A stretch of DNA of 39,986 nucleotides, taken from assembly GCA_029862065.1 (NCBI GenBank), contig JAOTYB010000003.1, positions 1 through 39,986 of the forward strand, written 5' to 3'. The position numbers and the translations under genes are program-made. This stretch comes from Acidimicrobiia bacterium (lineage in GTDB: Bacteria; Actinomycetota; Acidimicrobiia; Spongiisociales; SHLN01). Shown piece after piece: positions 24,921-33,460 of the stretch. Within the stretch, counting starts at the first letter, position 1. The number at the start of each line of letters is the position of its first letter. The notes beneath the pieces were generated by a model. The model was not told where the DNA came from, did no database searches, and worked only from the letters and a program-made list of their open reading frames with translations.

Positions 24921-26664
24921 AGCGAACAGCTAACGCATCTACGAACCCTGACTCCACAACGTCGAGGGTGTAATCGGCGGGTCCGACTGTGTTGGTCATT
25001 CGGAAGTAGACCTTGTCGGTTGACGACCGGTAGACGGCAACGGTGTCGAACCCGTCGCCGTTCCAGTCGCCGGCCATGATCCGATCGGAGGGATCGCCGT
25101 AGAAGAACTCGAACTCGGCGATACCGGTGGTGAGGCTGTTGCGGAAGTAGACGAGCCCGGTCGACTCACGGTAGAGGCCGACGGTGGTGAAGCCATTCCC
25201 GTTGAAGTCACCGGTAAACGGACGGTCCCCGGCCAGCCCGAACCAGAAATCGAAGTCGGCGGGTCCGGTCCCCAGCGTGTTCTTGATGTAGACCCGGCCC
25301 GTCCGGTAGATGCCGAGCGTGTCGCAGCCGTCGTTGTTCCAGTCCCCGACAATCGGGATATCCCCGGGGTCGCCGTAATAGAACTCGACGTCGGCCACGC
25401 CCACGGTGTTGCTGTTACGCAGGTACACGAAGCCGTTCGACTCGCGGTACATACCGGGGGTGGCCGTACCGTCGCAGTTCCAGTCCCCCATGAGCGGCGT
25501 GTCCGCCGGGTTGCCGTAGTAGAAGGCGTTGATCGGAGCTCCGGCCTGGACTTCCGCCAGGAGGTTGATTTCGGATCCGGGGTCGACGAACGCCACCGTG
25601 TCGCACTCGAAGCCGTCGGGACAGGGACCGTCGAACTGGGCAAACGGGAGCGGGCCAGCCTGGAACCAGTTGGTCAGCGGGAACTGATAGCTGGTGGTCG
25701 CTCGCCGCATCCCATCCCGGTAGCCCCACCATCCCGGCTTGATCGGTGATGGATCGTCGTTGTCCCAGATCCACCAGTCGTAGGACGGCACGACGGCAGT
25801 CTGATCCTTGTTGAAGTAGATGAAGCCGACCAAGTTGGGATCCTCTTCGACGAAGGTGAACATGTCCAGCATCCACTGGTTCTTGTCGCCTCCGGCAGTG
25901 ACGCTCCCCACCTGGGCAAGCAGGAACGGCTTGCCGGACGCTCCGGGGATGGTGGCCCGAGCCTCATCGACGTAGGGACCGATCGCCCCGGCCGGGGTCA
26001 ACCATCCGTTATAAACATCGGGGCTGCCGAAGTTGTAGGTGCTGAAGGAAATGACATCCACGTAGGCGTCGCCCGGGTAGTAGTCGGCTATCCCGTAGGG
26101 CAGCTCCGACCATCCGTTGGGAGAGAACGCCCAGCGCACCTTGTCGGGATCGGTGACCGTCGACTCGACGATCGACCGGATCTTGATGTAGGCGGTCTTG
26201 AAGTTGGCCGGGTCCATGCCGTACGGAACCCAGTCGCCGTTCATCTCCTGCATGGGAGCGATGATGAGCGAACGACCCCCGCCATCATCCAGCCAATCCT
26301 TGACTTTGAGGGCCCAGGAAGTGATCTGAGCGTCGCGCGACGGGCCGGCGAGGGTGGCCGCCGTCTCGGTGAACTCGAGATTCGAGAACGGGGTGGCCCC
26401 GGCCGCCCACATGGCTTCGAGCTTGTTGACGGTCCAGACCTCGTCGATGTTGTGAAACAGGCCGCCGAAGGTGTGGTACTGCCAGGCGGCGCCTGAGATG
26501 GCATTCAGTTCGGCGGTGTAGTCGAGCGTCAGGGGATACAGGCCGCCATGCACGGTGCCCTCTCCGAAGATCATGTCCGGGGGATCAGCATGGGCGGACT
26601 GGCCCATGCCGGGCAGCGTCGCCAGGAGGGCGAGCGCAATGACGGAAATGGCAATCCTGCGCAT
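24919..26664 (-). CDS. secreted GH26-like (beta-mannanase fold) protein with C-terminal five-repeat FG-GAP-like propeller module
   Basis: Start reassigned to ATG 26664 (signal peptide MRRIAISVIALALLATLPGMGQSAHA); PMQEMNGDWVPY, WAFSPN, YYPGDAYVD, KPFLLAQ, GFIYFN; GDW repeats. Confidence 0.82.
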   Translation of the reverse strand: MRRIAISVIALALLATLPGMGQSAHADPPDMIFGEGTVHGGLYPLTLDYTAELNAISGAAWQYHTFGGLFHNIDEVWTVNKLEAMWAAGATPFSNLEFTETAATLAGPSRDAQITSWALKVKDWLDDGGGRSLIIAPMQEMNGDWVPYGMDPANFKTAYIKIRSIVESTVTDPDKVRWAFSPNGWSELPYGIADYYPGDAYVDVISFSTYNFGSPDVYNGWLTPAGAIGPYVDEARATIPGASGKPFLLAQVGSVTAGGDKNQWMLDMFTFVEEDPNLVGFIYFNKDQTAVVPSYDWWIWDNDDPSPIKPGWWGYRDGMRRATTSYQFPLTNWFQAGPLPFAQFDGPCPDGFECDTVAFVDPGSEINLLAEVQAGAPINAFYYGNPADTPLMGDWNCDGTATPGMYRESNGFVYLRNSNTVGVADVEFYYGDPGDIPIVGDWNNDGCDTLGIYRTGRVYIKNTLGTGPADFDFWFGLAGDRPFTGDFNGNGFTTVGLYRESTGLVYFRNSLTTGIAEFEFFYGDPSDRIMAGDWNGDGFDTVAVYRSSTDKVYFRMTNTVGPADYTLDVVESGFVDALAVR

Positions 26665-26671
26665 GCCCGAA

Positions 26672-26707
26672 ACATCGGCAAGGCGCCGGAAACCTGAAGG
26701 GTATGCT
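26672..26707. promoter_or_regulatory. back-to-back promoters: sigma-28-like on the minus strand (TTCA-N15-GCCGATGT) and TATGCT -10 on the plus strand
   Basis: Minus strand TTCA 26698-26695 and GCCGATGT 26679-26672, 7 nt before ATG 26664; plus strand TATGCT 26702-26707, 6 nt before GTG 26714. Confidence 0.6.
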
Positions 26708-26713
26708 CCCGCG

Positions 26714-27694
26714 GTGCCGCCCTCCGTGTCCATCCTGCTCCCGGTACTCAACGAGGCCGACTTCCTCGACCCATGCCTGGCCAGTCTGACCGCCCAGGAC
26801 TACCAAGGCTCAATCGAGATCGTGGTAGCCGACGGCGGATCAACCGACGGCACCCGGGAACGGCTTGAGGAGCTGCACCGGCTCGGCCGGGTCGTCCTAG
26901 TTGACAATCCCGACCGGCGTCAGTGGGCCGGCCTCAACCGGTCGGCGGAGGTTGCATCCGGAGAAATCCTGGTGCGGGTGGACGGGCACTCGACCTACGA
27001 GCCGGATTACGTGGGTTCCTCGGTAGCGGCTCTTTCCGAGTCGGCGGCGACGGCGGTTGGCGGACGGATGATCCCAGAGAGCGACAATCCGATCGGCAAG
27101 GCGATCAGCTCGGCCATGGCCAGCCCCTGGGCTGTCGGACCCGCCCGCTATCGACATCAGACTCACCGATCCGAGGTAGACACCGTGTACCTCGGAGCAT
27201 TCCGGGCCGATGATTTCACCCGGCTGGGCGGCTATCGGGATCTGCCGGGGGTGGCCGAAGACACCGACCTGTATTACCGATGGCGAAAACAGGGTGCCTC
27301 AATCGTCCTCGACCCCGCCATCCGTTCCCGCTATCGCCCTCGCGACAGCTGGGGCGATCTTGCCCGCCAGTACTACCTCTACGGATGGGGCAAGGCCGAC
27401 ATGGTCTATGCCAATCATGAGCTCCCCAGTTGGCGTCCCTTGGCACCCTTAGCCCTGGTGGTTGGATTGATCGGAGGCGGGGTGCTGGCCGGCTTCCTGA
27501 TGTGGTGGCCGCTGCTGTCTCTGGTGGCGGCCTGGGCTGCCGTTCTCGGATGGGTGGCGTTGGCGGCGGGCGAAGGGCTCATCCATCGCCTCCGCACCGG
27601 ATTGGCCACCGCCACCATGCAGCTGGCCTTTGGCGCAGGGCTGCTGGGAGGCCTCCTGCGAGGGCCGGGACCACGGCGGCACCTCCGCGGGTAG
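26714..27694 (+). CDS. GT2 glycosyltransferase (ExoA-like) with C-terminal TM helices
   Basis: Start reassigned to GTG 26714; SILLPVLNE, ADGGSTDGT, RVDGH, VDTVYLGAF, AEDTDL, RQYYLYGWGK. Confidence 0.88.
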   Translation: MPPSVSILLPVLNEADFLDPCLASLTAQDYQGSIEIVVADGGSTDGTRERLEELHRLGRVVLVDNPDRRQWAGLNRSAEVASGEILVRVDGHSTYEPDYVGSSVAALSESAATAVGGRMIPESDNPIGKAISSAMASPWAVGPARYRHQTHRSEVDTVYLGAFRADDFTRLGGYRDLPGVAEDTDLYYRWRKQGASIVLDPAIRSRYRPRDSWGDLARQYYLYGWGKADMVYANHELPSWRPLAPLALVVGLIGGGVLAGFLMWWPLLSLVAAWAAVLGWVALAAGEGLIHRLRTGLATATMQLAFGAGLLGGLLRGPGPRRHLRG

Positions 27695-27709
27695 TCACCG
27701 GGGAGCCCT

Positions 27710-28855
27710 TCAAGAATGGGGCGTGTGATACCACCCGCGAACCCGCGAGCTCATGATCCGCACCGGCAGCCATGCCAATCCGAAAACCACCAGCAGCGGA
27801 TAGCGCCAGAGGTAGCGGGCGGGGATTCGGTCCCGAATAAGGAAGATGATCGGCGCCCCGACCTGCAAGCCGACGATGATCGCCCACACCCACCACGGCC
27901 ACAGCAGATCGGTGAAGACGGCGGCGACCGCCAGGGCGGCTGAGATGGCCACCATGAAGGTGCGGCCGGGTTGGCTCTGACGGATGACCAGGTCGACCAG
28001 TCCCCACGAGCGGCGCCGGGCGGCTTCGATCAGCAGCGAGCGCCGGTATGTGCGGGCCACCGAGCGCTTGCCCGACATCCACCTGGCCCGCTGCCGCATG
28101 GCGACACCGATAGACGCCGGCTTCTGGTCGTACACCTTCACCGTGTGCAGCCAGGCAATCCGGTGGCCGGACATCACCAGGCGGGCCGCTTGTTCAGAAT
28201 CTTCCGTCAGTGCTCCGTTGTCGGACTCGAGCACCCAGGTAGCGGTTGGAGCAAAGGCGGTGCCGGTGCCGCCGAGGTCGGGGGCCCAGCCGAGGTTGTG
28301 TCTCGCCAGCTGAACCATCCGGTTGCTCGACCAGTAGCTGAGCGCTGAGGCAGTGGTGAGCCAGGAGGCGTCAGGGTTGGAGGTGTCAACGTAGGCCTGG
28401 GCGGCGTCGTAACCATTGTCGAGCGCCGCCGCCACTCCATTGAGGAAGGTCGGATCAACCCGATTGTCGGCATCCAATATCACCAACGACTCGTCCGGTT
28501 CGAGCGGGGCTGCGGCCAGATACCAGGCGAGGGCGGCCCCTTTTCCGTCCGGACCATCGTGGCGTTCGATCACCTGGGCAGGCGGGACGACCACTGCGGT
28601 GTCGTCGGTGCAGCGATCGGCAATCACAACCACCCGAACCTTTTTGGACGGATAGTCCTGGGCAGCCAGGTCGGCGAGAAGCGACCCGATGACGACCGCC
28701 TCGTTGTGAGCCGGGATGACAACCCGCAGCCGGCGTCGTCCCGACCCACGTCGGATGTTGGCCTGATGAGGCAGTCCCCACAATGCAACAACCAAGTTGT
28801 AGGCAGGCAGCGCGGCAACGAGTACCTGGGAAACGAGGAGAAGGATGCGTAACAT
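27710..28855 (-). CDS. membrane GT2 glycosyltransferase (cellulose synthase/IcaA-like, D,D,D,QxxRW)
   Basis: IPAHNE, ADRCTD, GKGAAL, LDADN, LTEDSE, RQRARW; N- and C-terminal TM helices; start ATG 28855. Confidence 0.88.
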   Translation of the reverse strand: MLRILLLVSQVLVAALPAYNLVVALWGLPHQANIRRGSGRRRLRVVIPAHNEAVVIGSLLADLAAQDYPSKKVRVVVIADRCTDDTAVVVPPAQVIERHDGPDGKGAALAWYLAAAPLEPDESLVILDADNRVDPTFLNGVAAALDNGYDAAQAYVDTSNPDASWLTTASALSYWSSNRMVQLARHNLGWAPDLGGTGTAFAPTATWVLESDNGALTEDSEQAARLVMSGHRIAWLHTVKVYDQKPASIGVAMRQRARWMSGKRSVARTYRRSLLIEAARRRSWGLVDLVIRQSQPGRTFMVAISAALAVAAVFTDLLWPWWVWAIIVGLQVGAPIIFLIRDRIPARYLWRYPLLVVFGLAWLPVRIMSSRVRGWYHTPHS

Positions 28856-28884
28856 CGCAGCCCGCAGGCTACCCGGGATGCGCC

Positions 28885-29976
28885 ATGTCCAACTCACACT
28901 CAATCGTCGTCGCCCTCGGCACCCGCCCGGAGATCATCAAGCTGGCGCCGATCATCCGCCTGCTCGGCGAGCGGGCCCGGGTCGTCCATACCGGCCAGCA
29001 CTACGATCCCGGCCTGTCCAAGGTGTTCTTCGATGCGTTTGGCCTCCCCGAGCCCACCTATCGGCTTGAGATCGGCGGCAGCACCCGGGCTACCCAATTG
29101 GGTGAGGCCACTCGCCTGATCGGCGAGCATCTCGCCAGTGAGCCCGCGGCGGCGGTAGTCGTGCAGGGCGACACCAACACCACTGCCGGTGCCGCCTTGG
29201 CCGCCAATGCCACCGAGACGCCGCTGGTGCACATTGAGGCCGGCCTCCGGTCGTTCGACCGGGCCATGCCCGAAGAGCACAACCGGATCGTCACCGACAT
29301 GCTGTCCGATCTGTGCTGCGCTCCGACTCAGGTGAGTGAGAAGAACTTGCTCGACAGCGGTATACCTGCCGACCGCATCGCCGTCACCGGCAACACGGTG
29401 GTGGAGGCCGTCCGTACCCTGCTGCCCGAAGACCGGTCCGCTTACCTCGAAGGTCATGGTGTCACCGCCAACGGTTATCTGCTGGCAACCTTCCACCGGC
29501 CGGAAAACGTTGATGACCCGGAGACGCTCGGGACCATCCTGTCAGAGTTGGCCGCCCTCGAGCTGCCCACCATCCTGCCAATCCACCCCCGAACTCGCGC
29601 CCGCATCGAGTCGTTCGGCCTGGGCGACCAGCTCGACCGCCTCATGGTCGTCGAGCCGATGGGCTTCCAGGAGTTCCTGGCGCTGTCGGCAGAGTGTGCG
29701 GCGCTCGTGAGCGACTCGGGAGGCGTCCAGGAGGAGGTCAGCGTGCTGAAAAGGCCGGTGCTGGTGGTGCGCCGCTCCACCGAACGGCCTGAGGTGCTGG
29801 GCACGTTTGCCGAGCGAGTTCTGCCGGGGCCCGAGATCAGCCGGATCGTTGGGCAGTGGATCGCCGACCTGCCGGCACTGCACGGCCGGCTAGCAGCCAT
29901 TCCCAGCCCCTACGGCGACGGGGATGCGGCCGAACTGTCGGTGACAGCGATCAACCAGCTGGTTGGGACCTCGTAG
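28885..29976 (+). CDS. wecB: UDP-N-acetylglucosamine 2-epimerase (non-hydrolysing)
   Basis: GTRPEIIKLAP, HTGQHYD, VQGDTNT, HIEAGLRSFD..MPEEHNR, TFHRPEN, SDSGGVQEE, TERPE, PYGDG. Confidence 0.93.
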   Translation: MSNSHSIVVALGTRPEIIKLAPIIRLLGERARVVHTGQHYDPGLSKVFFDAFGLPEPTYRLEIGGSTRATQLGEATRLIGEHLASEPAAAVVVQGDTNTTAGAALAANATETPLVHIEAGLRSFDRAMPEEHNRIVTDMLSDLCCAPTQVSEKNLLDSGIPADRIAVTGNTVVEAVRTLLPEDRSAYLEGHGVTANGYLLATFHRPENVDDPETLGTILSELAALELPTILPIHPRTRARIESFGLGDQLDRLMVVEPMGFQEFLALSAECAALVSDSGGVQEEVSVLKRPVLVVRRSTERPEVLGTFAERVLPGPEISRIVGQWIADLPALHGRLAAIPSPYGDGDAAELSVTAINQLVGTS

Positions 29977-30068
29977 CTGCCCGCAGGGGCCGTGGCCGTT
30001 TACCATGAGGGCCACGTAAGGGAGGCGACAATCGTCAGGCGCGCACCATCATCCAGAGACGGCCGTTG

Positions 30069-31637
30069 ATGCGGTTCGCCTATGTCTCCTCCATCGTCCC
30101 CCGCCGTCGGGAGCTGGCATCTGGCCCCATCGACGCCGAGTGGGTCGTCGATGAACGCGGCTCTAACGAGGTGGTCGTCTTCGTCGATTACGAGAGTGAC
30201 GGCACCGACCTACTGCATGAGGCGGGAGTCGAATTCCATGTGGCCCCCAAGCGCACCGTCATCATGGCGGGCGACCAGGCCGAAACCTCCGAAGAGTTAC
30301 AGGCCCGCTTGCTCATGCAGCGGCATGCCGAGGCCCCGTTCGACGCCATCATTTACGACTCGGCGCACGCCACCGACTGGGCCTGGTACCAGCCGCAGCT
30401 AGCGGCCATCCCCCGTGGTGTCGCGCTCGGCGCAGGTCCGGCTCGCGACGTGCGCCTTGTCACGTCGGTCCCGGACCTGTTCGCCCGCCACGGTCGCACG
30501 CTGTGGGCGATGACGGGAACCCTGGCGTCCGCCGACTTCTTGATCAGTGACGTAGGGGCCGATGCCTACGGGATCGACCCGACCCGCCTGCCGCCCCGCT
30601 TTTCGCTCAACCCGCTGCCGACCGCCGTCGCCCCGAGCGGACCGGCCGGGCTGGTGGCCCTGGTGGCATTGAGCGAGAGCCCGACCGGGTTGGCGACGGT
30701 CGTTGAGCGGGGATTGGCCCAAGTGACGACCGACGAGAACACGGTGATGGCAGTCATCCACCCCGATGTGGCAGTCGGGAGCGAAACTACCCGCGACATC
30801 GTGTTCGCCAGCCTGCCGGCCAGCCTGCGCGGGCGGGTTCGGCTGGCGGAGCCGTCGAGCGACGGAGTGGCCGATGGGCTGCTGGCTCAAGCCGACGTCG
30901 TGGTGGCGGCACGGGTCTCAGACCTGGCCGTACGGGCGGTGTCGGACGCGGCCGCCAAGGTCGGCAGCGTGGTGCTGGAGGGAACCGGGTTTGAGGCGCC
31001 CCGCTTCGGTGACGGAGCACTCCGCAAGGCCGAGCATCCACACCCGGTGCTGATAGCCGTGGATGGTCCGCTGGATGCGCTCATTCCGGTAGTCGACGAG
31101 ATCATCGGGGAGGCCGCGGCGGTGGTCCTGCATACCGACAACGGCTCCTGGTCGGCCCGCCGATTGTGGAAGCTGCCGGGCTCGGCCCGCGGAGGTCTGC
31201 TGCTGGTGTGCGATCCGCTGCCCTATCACGGCGAGCCCGACCCGAGCAAGCCGGCCTTCGATCTCATCGGATTCGATGCCGCTTCCTGGCCGTCAATTCG
31301 GCGGATCATCCAGAGCTCCCAGACCCTGCACGACGTGGTGGAGATGGCAGCCAGTATCGCCAACGCCCATCGCGTGAACTTGCTGGCGTTGCCGGTGATG
31401 GGCATTGCCCACGGCCGCCTCAAATCCCAGCCTGAGGCTCCGGCCTGGATCACCGATTCGGGCTCGCTCCCCCAGCCGGTCCTGGGCACCGTCGACTCCG
31501 ACGGATCAGATGCTCCCGAAGTATCCACCGCCGGGGTCAAGGAGTGGGCGGAGTCGCATGGCTTCCGCGATCGAATTCGCCTCGCCCTTCCCTGGAAGTG
31601 GGGCATTCTCAACCGGGCGATGCGCGACCGGTGGTGA
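30069..31637 (+). CDS. hypothetical protein, probably a highly diverged glycosyltransferase-fold protein
   Basis: 522-aa ORF coupled to the next gene (GTGA); only remnant GT-B-like segments (HAEAPFDAIIYD, ADFLIS, LLAQADVVVA). Confidence 0.6.
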   Translation: MRFAYVSSIVPRRRELASGPIDAEWVVDERGSNEVVVFVDYESDGTDLLHEAGVEFHVAPKRTVIMAGDQAETSEELQARLLMQRHAEAPFDAIIYDSAHATDWAWYQPQLAAIPRGVALGAGPARDVRLVTSVPDLFARHGRTLWAMTGTLASADFLISDVGADAYGIDPTRLPPRFSLNPLPTAVAPSGPAGLVALVALSESPTGLATVVERGLAQVTTDENTVMAVIHPDVAVGSETTRDIVFASLPASLRGRVRLAEPSSDGVADGLLAQADVVVAARVSDLAVRAVSDAAAKVGSVVLEGTGFEAPRFGDGALRKAEHPHPVLIAVDGPLDALIPVVDEIIGEAAAVVLHTDNGSWSARRLWKLPGSARGGLLLVCDPLPYHGEPDPSKPAFDLIGFDAASWPSIRRIIQSSQTLHDVVEMAASIANAHRVNLLALPVMGIAHGRLKSQPEAPAWITDSGSLPQPVLGTVDSDGSDAPEVSTAGVKEWAESHGFRDRIRLALPWKWGILNRAMRDRW

Positions 31638-33460
31638 CCGAATGGCCGACGGTCACCGTCATCATCGGTGGTGATGGTTCGACAGCGGAGGCCCGCCACA
31701 CAGCTGCGTCCCTCCGGCACAGTGTCTACCCGGGGGAGCTCCAGATCCTCAGCGGAGCCGAGGACGAGCTCGGCTCGCCGACGGAGATCGCCAACGATCA
31801 CGTAGGGGAAGCCAAAGGTGCATATATCTGGATGGTTCCCCCCGGCACCACCCTCGACCCCCACTGCCTTCACCGGCTGGTGATGCGTGCCGAGGCCGAC
31901 CCGGCGACGGTTGCCGTCGCCCTGCAGTGGCGGGCAAGTGACGGGTCGGTACTCGAGGCCGGCAGCCACCTGCTGGCCTCGGACGAAATCGGCCCGCTGT
32001 TCCACGGCGGTTCGCTGCCTGAGTGGCTGACCGGCGGACCCTATCGAACTCGGGTCAGCTCACAACCGTCGCTGCTCATCCGGGCGCAGGACTTCTTCGT
32101 CGCCGGTGGCTTCAATCTCGAGCTGGACGGGTCCCCCTATCAGGCCGCTTACCTGGCCCTCGCCCTGACGGCCGGTGGAAGCCGCATCGAGGTCGAGACC
32201 CGGGCCATTGCCTTCGCTCCCCCGGCCCAGCCGGTCAGCGAAAGCGAGCTGGTGCGGGGACGGAACGTCCTCCAGCGAGACTTCTCCGACGGCCTCAACC
32301 AGCTCCACTATCAGTCCTCTATCGACGCCGACCTCAGCGTGCTCCTCGGTGACCAACGCGGCACCCGCACGCTGTGGGCTGCCTCCCACTTGCCAGATCC
32401 CAACCGTTCGGGCGCTGATGCTCGCCACCTCGAGATGATCCAGGCGCTCGTGGCCGGTGAGGATGAGGTCGTTGTGTGGGCGACCCACACCGACGGATCG
32501 GACAGCCGGGCACTCGACAACCTGGGAATCCGGTGGGTGGCCCAACCGCACGTCCGCCGATGGGACCTGCGACAGAGCGACAAGAAGTTCCCCTGGCTGC
32601 GCGAGCTGGTTCGCCAGCTTCATTGGGATCACCTGGTGATCGCCGATCCAAACCTGGTGGCCAGGGTGGCCCCGCTTATCCGCGAGCATTCCCCAGACAC
32701 CGCCATCATTGCCGACCTGGGGAGTGTCCGCCACTCGGCCGCCCATGCTCCGGCGTCGGGGACCGCGGCCGGCTTCGACCTCCCCGGCCTCTCGGAGGTC
32801 GATGCCGTCGTGGCCGCCACTGGTCCCGACCAGGCGGCACTCGCCGGCGACCACCCTGCCTCGTTCGGGTTCTCCGCGCTCGGCCACGGTCAACCGGTAC
32901 CGGCCAACCGGGACGGCGGCCTTTTGTTCGTCGGCAATTTGCTGCATCGTCCGAATGCTGAGGCGATTGATTGGTGGACCGACTCCATCGCCGGACGGGT
33001 CGAGGCTCGCATGGGGCGACGAGTTCCGCTGCGGGTGGTTGGCAATGGCTCCGAGCTCTACCGCCACAACTGGAACCATCCCGCCAAGGTCGAGATCGGT
33101 GGATGGTGCCCGGACCTCAGTTTCGAGCTGAGCGACAGCCGGGTCTTTCTCGTGCCGCTCCTCTATGCGACTGGAACAGGCGGGCGCATCGCTACTGCCC
33201 TCGCCCACGGGGTCCCCACCGTGGTGTCTGTTCCCGCCGCCGCCATGCTGCCTGCAGAGCTGCGGGACCTGGTCAAGGTGGGAGAGACGGCCGACGAGTT
33301 GGCGGACCACGTCGCCACCCTCATGAGCGACGACGGGGCGTGGGGAGAGGCCTGTCGACGTTTGGCCGCCTGGGACGCACCCTTGTTCCGGCAACAACAG
33401 CAAGACGCGTTCGCCCGATGGGCAGCCACGCTTGAGACCTCGGTGCCCGCTTCGGCCTAG
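31634..33460 (+). CDS. two-domain glycosyltransferase (degenerate GT2-like N-terminus + GT4-like C-terminus)
   Basis: WPTVTVII, DGSVLEAG, AGGF; C-terminal LLFVGNLLHRPNAEAIDW, RVFLVPLLYATGTGGRIATALAHGVPTV. Confidence 0.75.
   Translation: MTEWPTVTVIIGGDGSTAEARHTAASLRHSVYPGELQILSGAEDELGSPTEIANDHVGEAKGAYIWMVPPGTTLDPHCLHRLVMRAEADPATVAVALQWRASDGSVLEAGSHLLASDEIGPLFHGGSLPEWLTGGPYRTRVSSQPSLLIRAQDFFVAGGFNLELDGSPYQAAYLALALTAGGSRIEVETRAIAFAPPAQPVSESELVRGRNVLQRDFSDGLNQLHYQSSIDADLSVLLGDQRGTRTLWAASHLPDPNRSGADARHLEMIQALVAGEDEVVVWATHTDGSDSRALDNLGIRWVAQPHVRRWDLRQSDKKFPWLRELVRQLHWDHLVIADPNLVARVAPLIREHSPDTAIIADLGSVRHSAAHAPASGTAAGFDLPGLSEVDAVVAATGPDQAALAGDHPASFGFSALGHGQPVPANRDGGLLFVGNLLHRPNAEAIDWWTDSIAGRVEARMGRRVPLRVVGNGSELYRHNWNHPAKVEIGGWCPDLSFELSDSRVFLVPLLYATGTGGRIATALAHGVPTVVSVPAAAMLPAELRDLVKVGETADELADHVATLMSDDGAWGEACRRLAAWDAPLFRQQQQDAFARWAATLETSVPASA

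Noticed and set aside
26555-26751. Apparent 197-bp head-to-head overlap of the GH26-like and GT2 ORFs
   Set aside because: Artefact of longest-ORF starts; the signal peptide and promoter spacing support starts at 26664 (-) and 26714 (+).
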